Of a stretch of DNA of 64,000 bases, positions 8,222 through 17,423 are shown in pieces (position 1 is the first letter of the stretch; each line of letters starts with the position of its first letter). This DNA is from Chloroflexota bacterium (GTDB lineage Bacteria > Chloroflexota > UBA11872 > UBA12225 > JAJDUF01). The notes beneath the pieces were generated by a model, which had not been told where the DNA came from, made no database searches, and saw nothing but the letters and a program-made list of their open reading frames with translations. Location of the stretch: NCBI GenBank assembly GCA_022826725.1, contig JAJDUF010000021.1, positions 41,853 through 105,852 of the forward strand. The letters run 5' to 3'. A program made the translations under genes and the position numbers.

Positions 8222-8297
8222 CTGGCGTACTTGCTCAAGCTCCTGCTCTAGTTCCTCTGCACTGCCGAGGAACCGCCAGAAGGGAAGGCGCCTCCCC

Positions 8298-9368
8298 CTA
8301 CTTGCCGGCGCTGGTCTGCACGGCCTGGATCAACGCACGCAGTCGGCCCGGTGCCGGTGCCGGGGCGGGGGAACGCAGGAGGGCGGTGCGGAGGGCGCTG
8401 CCGGCCTCGGTTGGTCCGAGCGCCGTCGTCAGCAGGAGGCGCAGGTCGGCGTGGGCCGACGCCCACTCGCGGTCCTGGAACAGGGCGGTGAGCAGCGCGG
8501 CACGTACCGTATAGCGGTCTACTAGCGCCGTGCCGAGCGGCAGGGGCGGTGCGTAGGCGTGAGTTGCGGTGACCATGCCGGCAAAGGCCCAGGGCAACGA
8601 CACGCCGGGCGGAATGGTGCCCTCTCCTTGCCCCTCCCCCCGGCTCTCTGCCGGAGGCGGAGGGAGATGACTAGGGCCGGCTGCCGCGCCGAGGTCTTGG
8701 CGTAGGCCGGTCGAGGAGACCGCTGCGACCACGCTCGGCAGCGGCAGGCTACGCACGCGGGCAGCGAACGGGCGGTTTTCCGGACGGCCCAGGAGGGCGG
8801 CGAGATCGTCTGTCGTCGCGTCGTCGCGTGGGGCGACGAGAAACGATGCCAAGCGAAAAAGCTCTCTGAGCGCGGCGTCGCGGTCGTCGTAGTAGCGCGG
8901 ATCGAAGATTTGGACGATCTTGTCGTAGCCGACGAGAAACAGCAGGTCATCTAGATCGGGCCATCGAGTGTGGACCGCCAACGCCTGGTCCACGTACAAG
9001 CCGCGGTTGAACAGGAGCACGCCGTAGTGCGGCTGATCTTGGACGAAGTGCCGCAGCGCGACGAGACGATCTTCGAGTAGCGTTCCGGCGATCTGCTCCT
9101 TGTCCACCGTGACGCGGGCCAGGCCGAGCCAGACCTCGGTGGCAGCGTTGGTTGCGAGGGCCGCGGCTGCCAGGGCCGCGTGCCCCTGGTGCAACGGATT
9201 GAAGGAGCCGGGCAAGATGGCGATACGACGTTCGGCAGCGGGCGCTGGCTCGGAGGAGACGAGCGCCGCGTGCGGCGCGGCGGCGAGATCAAGGGACTCG
9301 ATTGCGTCGTGGAGGGCTAGGAGCGTGGGAAGGTGGAAGTAATCGGGAGGTCTCATCGGCTGGGACAT
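8298..9368 (-). CDS. cytidylyltransferase-like (HxGH) nucleotidyltransferase with a C-terminal extension
   Basis: ILPGSFNPLHQGH gives the (H/T)xGH motif, with NadD-like spacing to LVGYD. A low-complexity linker (PPPPAESRGEGQGEG) leads to an unassigned ~110-aa tail. Confidence 0.6.
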   Translation of the reverse strand: MSQPMRPPDYFHLPTLLALHDAIESLDLAAAPHAALVSSEPAPAAERRIAILPGSFNPLHQGHAALAAAALATNAATEVWLGLARVTVDKEQIAGTLLEDRLVALRHFVQDQPHYGVLLFNRGLYVDQALAVHTRWPDLDDLLFLVGYDKIVQIFDPRYYDDRDAALRELFRLASFLVAPRDDATTDDLAALLGRPENRPFAARVRSLPLPSVVAAVSSTGLRQDLGAAAGPSHLPPPPAESRGEGQGEGTIPPGVSLPWAFAGMVTATHAYAPPLPLGTALVDRYTVRAALLTALFQDREWASAHADLRLLLTTALGPTEAGSALRTALLRSPAPAPAPGRLRALIQAVQTSAGK

Positions 9369-9373
9369 GGGTT

Positions 9374-9540
9374 GGACCTAACCCCCGGCCCCTTCCCTCC
9401 AGGGAAGGGGAGTCCAGTTTCCGCTTTTCGCGGGAATGACGGGCGGACAGCCCTTTCCCTCAGAGCAAGTGAGCCATCAGCACGCCCCTTCGCCCCTTCC
9501 CTTCAGGGAGGGGGTTGGGGTAGGTCTATTCGCCTCACCC
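9374..9540. repeat. dispersed hairpin repeat copies (CCCCTTCCCT..AGGGAAGGGG / GGGGTTAGGTCC variant)
   Basis: ggacctaacccccggccccttccctccagggaaggggag (9374-9412) is the inverted form of the copy at 17368-17408. A second copy, ccccttcccttcagggagggggttggggtaggtc, lies at 9493-9526. Confidence 0.75.
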
Positions 9541-9541
9541 G

Positions 9542-10522
9542 CTATAGCAGGCCGTCGTCCGCGGCTCGCTGCAGGACCACCTCGGCCAGCTTGCGGCTCG
9601 CCTCGTCCAGCATCTCCTCGCCGTCGAGGGCGACTGCGCCCAGCCCCTCTTCCTCCGTCGCCTGGAAGTAGCGGTCGCGGATGGCAGTGGCCTTGGCGAT
9701 CTCCGCTTCGGACGGAGAGAACACTTCATTCAGGACGGGAATCTGCGCCGGATGCACGGCCCACTTCCCATCGCAGCCCAGCATTTTGGCCATCTGCGCC
9801 GAGTTCCGCAGCCCCTCCAGATCGCGGAACTTGCCGAACGGGCCGTCAATGGTCTGCAAGCCGGCGGCTTTGGCGGCCGTGACAATCCGCTGGAGCGCGA
9901 AGTGGTAGATGTGGCCGGGGTAGGCGAAATCGTGTGCCCCGATGGATAGCACGGGCATGTCGGCGTAGGCGGCGTAGTCGCCGGGGCCGAACACGAGCGC
10001 GATCAGCCGCTTGCTGGCGAAGGCGATCTTCTCGACGCTGGAGATCCCGTTGGCATTCTCGATCTGCGCTTCGATCCCGATGGTATGGGTCAGGCCGAGC
10101 TGCTGTTCGAGGGAGGTCAACATAATATCTAGGGCGGCCACGTCCTCGGGACCGCGCGTCTTGGGCAGCATGATGGCTTCCAGCTTGGCACCGGCGCCCT
10201 CCACCACGTCTACCACGTCGCGCACGGCCCATTGCGTGGACAGGTCGTTAATCCGCACGACCGTGGCCTTGTCGCCGAAGTCGTTCTCGTTCAACGCTTG
10301 GACAATCCTTGCCCGCGAGGCCACCTTTTCGCTCGGCGCGACGGAGTCCTCCAGGTCAAGGAACACGGCGTCCGCGTCGCTGTTCGCTGCCCCGGCCATC
10401 ATGCGCGGGTTGCTGCCGGGCACGGCCAGCTCCGAGCGACGGCGGCGCGCCGGGCGCGGTGGCGCCGGGCGCCAACTCAGCGGGGGGCCGTCGTAAGGGC
10501 TGCCAGGAACCTGTTTTGTCAT
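9542..10522 (-). CDS. HpcH/HpaI aldolase / citrate lyase beta-subunit-like protein (CitE / malyl-CoA lyase family)
   Basis: RSELAVPGSNPRMM...DAVFLDLEDSVAP...IEAQIE...GPGDY...GKWAVHPAQI are hallmark CitE-family segments. Confidence 0.85.
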   Translation of the reverse strand: MTKQVPGSPYDGPPLSWRPAPPRPARRRRSELAVPGSNPRMMAGAANSDADAVFLDLEDSVAPSEKVASRARIVQALNENDFGDKATVVRINDLSTQWAVRDVVDVVEGAGAKLEAIMLPKTRGPEDVAALDIMLTSLEQQLGLTHTIGIEAQIENANGISSVEKIAFASKRLIALVFGPGDYAAYADMPVLSIGAHDFAYPGHIYHFALQRIVTAAKAAGLQTIDGPFGKFRDLEGLRNSAQMAKMLGCDGKWAVHPAQIPVLNEVFSPSEAEIAKATAIRDRYFQATEEEGLGAVALDGEEMLDEASRKLAEVVLQRAADDGLL

Positions 10523-10594
10523 TGCCTATCCCTTCCTCGTGTCTTGTCCTGCTCCCCCGTACCAGGTGTAGGCGAGGGCTTTGTGTCGTTCTAA

Positions 10595-12274
10595 CTATGT
10601 GACCGCGCCGACTGCTGCCGAGCTTACCAAACGCGCATACTTCGAGAGCATTCCCGACTGATACCTTGGCGTCGGCTCCTCCCAGGCAGCGAGGCGTGCC
10701 TGAAGCTCCTCGTCCGAGAGCCGCACACTTAGCTCTCGGTTCGGAATGTCAATCTCGATCACGTCACCTTCGCGCAGCACCGCGATTGGGCCGCCGACGG
10801 CTGCCTCCGGCGCCATGTGCGCGATCATCAAGCCGTAGGTGGCGCCGGAGAAGCGCCCGTCGGTCATCAGCGCGACGTGATCGCCGAGGCCACGCCCTTG
10901 GATGGCCGCCGTCACAGCCAGCATTTCGCGCATCCCCGGCCCGCCTTTCGGCCCCTCGTTGCGAATGACGACCACGTCGCCTTTGCGAATATCGCCGGCG
11001 AGCACGGCCTCGAAACAGGCTTCCTCGCCGTCGAACACTCGCGCCGGTCCGCTGAAGGTGCTGTGGGCGGCCCCGCCGACCTTGGCGACGGCGCCGTCCG
11101 CGGCGATATTGCCGCGCAGGATGGCCAGCGTGCCGGTCGCGCTGAGGGGGCGGTCCAGCGCAAAGGTGAGGTCCTGGTCCGGCTTTTCGCGGACCCGATT
11201 CAGGTGGTCGCCGAGCGTTCCACCGGCGACGTTGGGCGTGGTGCCGTCAATGATTCCGCCGTCGAGCAGCTCTTTCATCACGACCGGCACGCCGCCGACC
11301 ACGTCGAGATCGGCCATGACGTACTTTCCGGACGGCTTCAGGCTGGCCAAGTGTGGCGTGCGGTGACTGATCTCGTCGAAGTCCTCCAGCCGGAGGTCTA
11401 CGCCGGCTTCATACGCAATCGCCATCAGGTGCAGCACCGCGTTGGTCGAGCCGCCGAGCGCTTCCACGGTAGCGATGGCGTTGAGGAAGGCTTCGCGGGT
11501 GAGGAAGTCGCGCGGACGGATGTCCTCGCGCAAGAGCTGCATCACCCGCTCGCCGGCTTGAAAGGCCACCACCTGACGCCGCGCGTCAACGGCCGGGATG
11601 GATGCGCTGCCCGGGGGGGCCATCCCCAACGCCTCGGCCGCCGCGGCCATCGTGTTCGCGGTGAACATGCCCCCGCAGGCGCCGGCGCCGGGGCACGCCC
11701 GGCCGACGAGTTCGTCCACGTCCTCTTCGGACATCTCACCCCTGGCATGGAGGCCGGGTGCTTCGAACGAATCCTGAATCGTGACCTTCCGGCCGCGGTA
11801 GATACCGGGCATGATGCTGCCGCCGTACACGTAGACGCCGGGGATGTTCAGGCGCGCCAGGGCCATCAGGCCACCCGGCTGCGTCTTGTCGCACCCGGTC
11901 AGGGTCACTATCCCGTCGAGGCGGTGCCCAGTCACGACCAGCTCGATGGAGTCGGCAATCACTTCGCGGCTGACGAGCGAGGCGCGCATCCCCTCGGTAC
12001 CCATGGCAATGCCGTCGGTGACGCAGATGGTCCCGAACTCGATTGGCGTGCCGCCGGCCGCGCGGATGCCCTCCTTGACCTTCTCGGCGAGGTCGCGCAA
12101 GTTGAGTTGGCAGGGGGTCACGTCGGTCCAGGTATTGGCGATGCCGATGATCGGCTTCCGCAGGTCTTCCTCGCTGAGGCCGGTGCCTCGAAACATCGAG
12201 CGCGCCGCGGCGTGCTCGACGCCCATCGTCACTTCGCGACTCCGCGCTTTCACGTCAACGGCCGTTGCTGCCAT
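10595..12274 (-). CDS. ilvD: dihydroxy-acid dehydratase
   Basis: [35 protein letters not shown] and MTDGRFSG are present. The ATG at 12274 is preferred because AAGGA lies about 10 nt upstream. An alternative ATG lies at 12283. Confidence 0.93.
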   Translation of the reverse strand: MAATAVDVKARSREVTMGVEHAAARSMFRGTGLSEEDLRKPIIGIANTWTDVTPCQLNLRDLAEKVKEGIRAAGGTPIEFGTICVTDGIAMGTEGMRASLVSREVIADSIELVVTGHRLDGIVTLTGCDKTQPGGLMALARLNIPGVYVYGGSIMPGIYRGRKVTIQDSFEAPGLHARGEMSEEDVDELVGRACPGAGACGGMFTANTMAAAAEALGMAPPGSASIPAVDARRQVVAFQAGERVMQLLREDIRPRDFLTREAFLNAIATVEALGGSTNAVLHLMAIAYEAGVDLRLEDFDEISHRTPHLASLKPSGKYVMADLDVVGGVPVVMKELLDGGIIDGTTPNVAGGTLGDHLNRVREKPDQDLTFALDRPLSATGTLAILRGNIAADGAVAKVGGAAHSTFSGPARVFDGEEACFEAVLAGDIRKGDVVVIRNEGPKGGPGMREMLAVTAAIQGRGLGDHVALMTDGRFSGATYGLMIAHMAPEAAVGGPIAVLREGDVIEIDIPNRELSVRLSDEELQARLAAWEEPTPRYQSGMLSKYARLVSSAAVGAVT

Positions 12275-12372
12275 GTTGCCCATTCCTTGTTACCGGCAAT
12301 ATCAGGGGACGGCTCAGAGTATACGTCAGGGCGATGGGGGTAAGCTACGCTACGGTGTGCTCTGTGCCTCCG

Positions 12373-13110
12373 TCAATCGAAGAAGCGGTAGCGGACGAGT
12401 GTCCAGAGCGTGTGGACCCCGTCGCGCCAGCCGATCTTCTTCCCTTCTGCAAAGGTCCGCGGCGTGTAAGAGATGGGCACTTGCGCGAGCCGGTAGCCGC
12501 GCTTGCAGATTTTCGCCGTGACCTCCGGGCAGAACTCGAACCGCGAGGCGTGCAGGTCCAAGCTCATGATGACTTCGCGGCGGAATACCTTGTAGGCAGT
12601 CGCCTCGTCGCAGATGAGGCGACCGTAAAGCACGGACGCGACGGTGGCGAAGACCCAGTTGGCGATCCGGTGGCGCCGGAGCATTCCCTTGATCGGGCGG
12701 TGAAACCGCACCCCGTAGACGACGTCCGCCGCTCCACGCTGGATTGGCGCGAGCAGGGCCGGGTAGTCGTCCGGGTCGTACTCCATGTCGGCATCTTGGA
12801 TCAGCACAATGTCACCGACCGCGTAACGCAGGCCGATCCTGATGGCAGTGCCCTTGCCCATGTTAATCATCGCCTGGTGGACAATGAGCACGTCGCCGGC
12901 CGGATCGTCGCGCAGCCGCTCGATCACGCCGACGGTCCCGTCGGTCGAGCCGTCGTCTACCACGATGATCTGCTTGCGGATGGGGACGGCCCGGACCCGG
13001 CGGAGCACCTCGCTGATTAGGTTTTCCTCGTTGTAGACCGGGATGACGACGGAGAGGAGCGGCGCCGCGGCGGCTGCACACCCCTCCGGCCGGTCACTAC
13101 GTTCAGCCAT
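12373..13110 (-). CDS. family 2 glycosyltransferase (polyprenyl-phosphate sugar synthase-like)
   Basis: LLSVVIPVYNEE...IIVVDDGSTDGT...LIQDADMEYDP carries the DxD motif. The start is uncertain: ATG at 13110 or TTG at 13197. Confidence 0.8.
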   Translation of the reverse strand: MAERSDRPEGCAAAAAPLLSVVIPVYNEENLISEVLRRVRAVPIRKQIIVVDDGSTDGTVGVIERLRDDPAGDVLIVHQAMINMGKGTAIRIGLRYAVGDIVLIQDADMEYDPDDYPALLAPIQRGAADVVYGVRFHRPIKGMLRRHRIANWVFATVASVLYGRLICDEATAYKVFRREVIMSLDLHASRFEFCPEVTAKICKRGYRLAQVPISYTPRTFAEGKKIGWRDGVHTLWTLVRYRFFD

Positions 13111-13231
13111 GACTTGCTCGCCCGCGATGCCGGCTTGCGTCCCCTTGACTCCTATCGGATCGAGCAAGCCGATGTTGTCGTCAACGATACGTGCCAACCG
13201 TCGAGTATGCCAACGGCTTGGCGAGGGACAG

Positions 13232-13268
13232 CCCCCACAAGGGTAGTTTTTTGTGTAGGGGGTAGGTG
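13232..13268. repeat. dispersed repeat module CACAAGGGTAG-T-run-GTAGGGG
   Basis: cccccacaagggtagttttttgtgtagggggtaggtg resembles 29636-29660, 33571-33592 and, inverted, 33799-33823. Confidence 0.6.
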
Positions 13269-13276
13269 TTGCTGCC

Positions 13277-15160
13277 CTAGAGCGGAATGCGTTTGGGGCC
13301 GCTGCGCGGCAAGTTGCCTGAGGGGCTGCCGCGGTCGAATGCCTGCTGCGCGGTGGCCTCCCGGTGCGCCGCCTGGAAGTCTTGCACCAGATCGCGGTCG
13401 GCCCCGCCCTCCGCGCCCTGGCGGCCGCTGACCTTGACCATCGCCGGGATGCGCGTCAGTCTTCCCAGCGTGACCACCTCGCCCTGATTGAGGCCTGGCA
13501 AGTTGCTCAGTAGCCCCTGGGATACCACCTCGGAGGCGCGCTGCACCGCCTTTTGGTCGTCGGGATTGGTCAGGCGCATGATGAGCTGCGAGGCACACTG
13601 CGACAGCGTATCGTCGGCGATCTTCGACGGCCGCTGCGTAATCACGATCAGGTAGACGCCGAACTTTCGGCCTTCCGCCGCCACGGTGTTGATGATCCGC
13701 GACGCCTTCGTTTGCTGGTCGCGCGGCCCGCCGCCAGGGACCAGATTGTGCGCCTCTTCCAGCACCACGAACACCGGCCACCGCAAACGGCCGCCGAGCG
13801 CGCGCTCCCACAGGTGGGAGAGTAGCCATTCGGCCGTGTAGGCCATCACGACCTTCTCGGTGCCGGCCAGATCAATGATCGTCGTCCTCATCGGCTCGAT
13901 GAGCCGCTCGATATTGACCGTGGTGTGCCCCCAGACCGGGTAGCGTTCCAGCCGCCGCACGTACCGCAGGGCGTTGCGGGCGTCGCGGCGGAGGTCGGCA
14001 TCCTCGCTCCCGGGCATTCCGCCGCCGCCGTATTGCGGTCGGCCGGCCGGTGGCTCGGAATCCGTACTGAGGGCTTGCAGCCCTTCCAGCCAGGCTTCGG
14101 AGGCAGCAGTGTCGTCGCCGTCGGGTGGCTCGATGGGTCCGGATGCGGCTTGATCGGACGACTCTTCCGGCGAGGTAGCGCCTTCATCCAAGGGGACGCC
14201 GGCAAAGTCCGCGAGGTCTTGGGCGAGGTCTCGCGGCACAAAGTCAACGTTCAGATGGCGCAGACGCGCGACCGATTGCGTAATCGCATCGCGGATGCGC
14301 GAGGCCGTCGTGGGCACGCCGGCGACGTCGGCGATGTCGTCGGCATCCAACTCGGCGAAGCGGATCGTGTAATCCTCCGTGGGTCCGACAAACTCGTCGG
14401 TGTACCGGCGCCCTTCGATGCCGGGGACGCGGAGAACGGAGATGCGGTCGGCGTGTGGCGTCTTGTTGGCATAGTGGTACGGTCGGTCGGCGTCGGCCTG
14501 TGTCTTGCGTAGCTGCACGTAGTCGGAGTTGGGGTCGAGGACGACGATAGTGGCGCCGAGACCGAGCAGGTCTTCGAGCAGCTTGCCGGCGAGATACGAT
14601 TTGCCGGCGCCGGTTTGGGCGATGATGGCGAGATGGCGCGACAGTCCGTTGGGGTCCAGGCGCACGTCAACGCCGCGGCGGTTAATCAGCGTGCCCAAGG
14701 TGATCGAGGAGGCCTCATCGCGCGAGAAGAACGCGCGGAGCAGCGCGTCGGGGGCGGTGTGGACGGGTGTGCCCGGTAGCACCATCATTCGCGCCTGCCG
14801 AACCACGCCGTCTTGCAGGTAGCCCAGCACGGTGGCCTCGGCCTGCACGCGCGGGGGGAGCGTCGCGTTCTGGGAGACGACCGTCTGCGCTTCCGCATAG
14901 TCCAGGTCTTCGCCGAGGGTCAGCACCTCCGCCCGGATGCCCGTCACTTGGGCGAGCAGGTCCACGGAACGGAACGTATCGTCCACCTGCTCACGGGCGC
15001 CGTGAATGACCACGTATTCGAGGCGCGGTGGCACCGTTTCCTCATCGGAGACGAACACAAAGCTCTGGGGCGAGGAGCGGCCGATGACAAAGCCGATCGG
15101 CTGCTCGGACGACTCTGGGGCTGCGGGAGGGCTGTCGCTGGGGGCGAAGAGCTGTACCAT
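13277..15160 (-). CDS. HerA/DUF87-type hexameric ATPase (HAS-barrel plus FtsK/HerA P-loop domain)
   Basis: The N-terminal barrel-like region is IGFVIGRSSP..LEYVVIH. Walker A is IIAQTGAGKSYLAGKLLE, Walker B is VFVVLEEAHNLVP, and the C-terminal ITQRPSKI...IMRLTNPDD is present. An acidic low-complexity insert lies mid-protein. Confidence 0.8.
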   Translation of the reverse strand: MVQLFAPSDSPPAAPESSEQPIGFVIGRSSPQSFVFVSDEETVPPRLEYVVIHGAREQVDDTFRSVDLLAQVTGIRAEVLTLGEDLDYAEAQTVVSQNATLPPRVQAEATVLGYLQDGVVRQARMMVLPGTPVHTAPDALLRAFFSRDEASSITLGTLINRRGVDVRLDPNGLSRHLAIIAQTGAGKSYLAGKLLEDLLGLGATIVVLDPNSDYVQLRKTQADADRPYHYANKTPHADRISVLRVPGIEGRRYTDEFVGPTEDYTIRFAELDADDIADVAGVPTTASRIRDAITQSVARLRHLNVDFVPRDLAQDLADFAGVPLDEGATSPEESSDQAASGPIEPPDGDDTAASEAWLEGLQALSTDSEPPAGRPQYGGGGMPGSEDADLRRDARNALRYVRRLERYPVWGHTTVNIERLIEPMRTTIIDLAGTEKVVMAYTAEWLLSHLWERALGGRLRWPVFVVLEEAHNLVPGGGPRDQQTKASRIINTVAAEGRKFGVYLIVITQRPSKIADDTLSQCASQLIMRLTNPDDQKAVQRASEVVSQGLLSNLPGLNQGEVVTLGRLTRIPAMVKVSGRQGAEGGADRDLVQDFQAAHREATAQQAFDRGSPSGNLPRSGPKRIPL

Positions 15161-15360
15161 GGGCCATCTCCTCTTGGTCGGGCTTGCCGTGCTGTGTGGA
15201 AGTTTAACAGAAGTTCTACTGCCAGTGTCATCTGAGCTACCGCGTCATTCCGGTGGGAAACTTGGCTGGTGGTAGAATGGTCTAACGAAGATAGTATGCG
15301 GTGAGACTCGGTCCGCAGCCGGCCACCGCGGCCGCGCACGGGGACGAGAGAGGGGAGCCA

Positions 15361-15924
15361 ATGAAGGGCCGCTACATGGAGCGGAGGTACCACGGGCATG
15401 TCGGCGCATCCGTTCTCGGCTGGGCGCTGATCGCCATTGGCGTGGTGGCGCTTGCGCCACAGCTGGGAAGCGTGCTCTTCGGTGGCTTGGTCGGCGTATT
15501 CGCGATTGTCGTGCCCCTCCTTGCTATCGCCTTGGCCGTGGTGATCGTGCTCGGCGTCCTTGGACTAGCCGGTGCCGTGCTGGCCGCGCCATTTGTCGCG
15601 CTGGTTGGCCTCCCGGTGATGGCGCTACGTGCTCTTTTCCGGTTCTGTTGTCCGCCGCATACGGACGCGCGGCAGCGCCGCGAGCGTGCGACCGGCCGGG
15701 ACGTGCCGCCAGCACAAGCGCCAGCGAGCCAAGACGCAGCGACGGAGATTCTGCGCCAACGCTACGCCGCCGGCCAGCTCTCGCAAGGCGAGTTCCAGGG
15801 GATGTTGATTAACCTGCTCAAAGAGCGCTATATCGCCGGGAAGATTGATCAGAGCCGGTACGAGCAGCAGCTTGAGGTATTGTTGCAGCCGCCGCCAACG
15901 TCGGACAAGGTCCTACGGGCTTAG
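15361..15924 (+). CDS. membrane protein with two C-terminal SHOCT-like repeats
   Basis: The ATG at 15361 follows GAGGGGAG. Hydrophobic segments (VLGWALIAIGVVAL..., IVVPLLAIALAVVIVLGVLGLAG...) are followed by EILRQRYAAGQLSQGEFQGM and LKERYIAGKIDQSRYEQQL. Confidence 0.6.
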   Translation: MKGRYMERRYHGHVGASVLGWALIAIGVVALAPQLGSVLFGGLVGVFAIVVPLLAIALAVVIVLGVLGLAGAVLAAPFVALVGLPVMALRALFRFCCPPHTDARQRRERATGRDVPPAQAPASQDAATEILRQRYAAGQLSQGEFQGMLINLLKERYIAGKIDQSRYEQQLEVLLQPPPTSDKVLRA

Positions 15925-15987
15925 TGCTTGACCGCCGGTGGCGTGACTGCGAGCAACGGTCGTGCCCACGCCGCATCGGAGTGACCC

Positions 15988-16647
15988 GTGTCTGCGTCGC
16001 TGGACCCACCGCTACCGATGGCGCAACTGACCGTAGAGCCTGGCGGCCAGTCATTTCCTCTACAGAACAACCGCACCATTATCGGTCGCGTTCCAGCGTG
16101 CGACGTGGTGCTGCCGGATCACTTGGTCTCCCGGCAGCACGCCGAAATCCGGCGGGCGTCGTTCGGTTATGCCGTTCGTGACCTTGGCAGCAGCAACGGT
16201 ACGTTTGTAAACGGCCAGCGCCTTAACGCCGATGAATCCCGTCCGCTGCGGGACGGCGATACGCTCCGACTCGGAGCGAGCGAGTTGCAATTCCACGATC
16301 CGAGCGCCACGTTGCGCGTGCCGGGGCTGAGTGAGCGCGTGGCCGTGGCGCCGGTCTTCCTCGACCATCGCCAGCAAGAGGCCTACGTGCGAGGTCAGCC
16401 GCTCTCCCTGGCGCCCAAGGAGTTCGCGTTCCTGGCGCTGCTTGCCGAGCGGCCCGGTGAAGTGCGGCGGCGGGCGGAGATTGCCCGGCTGGTCTGGCCG
16501 GAGTATGAAGGCGCGGTGAGCAACTACAACATTGACGTGCTGGCCAGCCGTCTCCGGCAACGTCTGAGCACGGCAGCCGGGCCGGAGGCCGCCGCGTGGC
16601 TCGTGACCGTGAAGAAGCGCGGCTACCGCTTGGTGGCCGGCGCGTGA
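15988..16647 (+). CDS. FHA domain protein fused to an OmpR/PhoB-type winged-helix DNA-binding domain, with no receiver domain
   Basis: The FHA part is IIGRVPACDVVLPDHLVSRQHAEI...GSSNGTFVNG. The winged-helix part is LSLAPKEFAFLALLAERPGEVRRRAEI...NIDVLASRLRQRL...VKKRGYRL. Confidence 0.8.
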   Translation: MSASLDPPLPMAQLTVEPGGQSFPLQNNRTIIGRVPACDVVLPDHLVSRQHAEIRRASFGYAVRDLGSSNGTFVNGQRLNADESRPLRDGDTLRLGASELQFHDPSATLRVPGLSERVAVAPVFLDHRQQEAYVRGQPLSLAPKEFAFLALLAERPGEVRRRAEIARLVWPEYEGAVSNYNIDVLASRLRQRLSTAAGPEAAAWLVTVKKRGYRLVAGA

Positions 16648-17423
16648 GCGGCTGGTGGCCCGGCCGGCCGGCGCTACGGAGGTGGACCGACCGCGTCGAG
16701 CTGATGGATCAGCCCGCGGTGTCGCCGCGCCTGCTGGCCCGCAGCCTGGCCGATATGCGGCGCCTCAATCGGCTCCTCGGCTGGCAGCGACCGGTATTGC
16801 GTGTGGTGCAGTCGCTGCTGCCCGTGTCCGGTCCCTGTACCGTGCTCGACGTGGCGACCGGCTCCGGCGATCTGCCGCTGGCGCTGGCCGGGCTGCTCGC
16901 GCCGCGACGCAGTGCTGCCCGTGTCATCGCCTCCGACGCGCATCCTACGGTGCTGCGGCTGGGACGGCACTATACGGCGAATAAAGGGGCGGTGCGTTGG
17001 GTCGGCCACGACGCGCGGCTGCTGCCGTTCCCACCCGGCAGCGTAGACGTCGTTACCTGCGCCTCGGCGCTGCATCACTTCGATGAGCACGACGCGATCA
17101 CCGTGCTTGCGGCGCTGGCCACGGTCGCGAGGCGGGGCGTCATTGTCGCCGATGCGTCGCGCTCGCTGCTCGCGCTGCTCGCCGTGTGTGTACTCAGCCG
17201 GTTTAGCCGTAGCCCATTGACCTGGCACGATGGGCCGCTGTCGGTGCGCCGGGCGTATACGGCCGATGAAGCGGTAGTCCTCGCGCAGCGGGCCGGGTGG
17301 CGGCGGATTGAGGTGCAGCGCCCCGACCCGTTTCGCTGGCTACTGATCGGCCGACCTCGCCGCACGGCCTCCCCTTCCCTGCCAGGGAAGGGGCCGGGGG
17401 TTAGGTCCAACCCCTTCATCTAG
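16644..17423 (+). CDS. class I SAM-dependent methyltransferase
   Basis: [15 protein letters not shown] is the motif I GxGxG-like segment, and [10 protein letters not shown] is also present. The GTG start at 16644 overlaps the TGA of the FHA gene (GTGA). The last ~18 codons are supplied by a dispersed repeat copy. Confidence 0.7.
   Translation: MSGWWPGRPALRRWTDRVELMDQPAVSPRLLARSLADMRRLNRLLGWQRPVLRVVQSLLPVSGPCTVLDVATGSGDLPLALAGLLAPRRSAARVIASDAHPTVLRLGRHYTANKGAVRWVGHDARLLPFPPGSVDVVTCASALHHFDEHDAITVLAALATVARRGVIVADASRSLLALLAVCVLSRFSRSPLTWHDGPLSVRRAYTADEAVVLAQRAGWRRIEVQRPDPFRWLLIGRPRRTASPSLPGKGPGVRSNPFI
17368..17408. repeat. dispersed hairpin repeat copy inside the 3-prime end of the methyltransferase CDS
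   Basis: cctccccttccctgccagggaaggggccgggggttaggtcc matches the inverted copy at 9374-9412 and is translated as [13 protein letters not shown]. Confidence 0.8.

Larger units (their letters stand above)
6990..8290. other. AT-rich genomic islet 2, carrying the AbiJ-like / Phd-like gene pair
   Basis: Sampled lines are about 42 % GC (for example 7201-7260), against about 65 % in flanking ggt and the nucleotidyltransferase gene. The boundaries are approximate. Confidence 0.5.

Noticed and set aside
8222-8297. A canonical toxin gene (RelE/ParE/Doc/YoeB) downstream of the Phd-like gene
   Set aside because: Only 76 nt remain before the convergent nucleotidyltransferase stop. They contain a GTTCCTC..GAGGAAC hairpin and no ORF. 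Track ORF 8248..8466 is antisense to, and out of frame with, the neighbouring gene.
10817-12343. 508-aa plus-strand ORF
   Set aside because: It is antisense to ilvD, which is unambiguous, so it is a GC-driven open frame.
15161-15360. NurA or another nuclease partner next to HerA
   Set aside because: Both flanks (13198-13276 and 15161-15360) are short spacers without ORFs. The neighbouring genes are a GT2 glycosyltransferase and a divergent SHOCT membrane protein.
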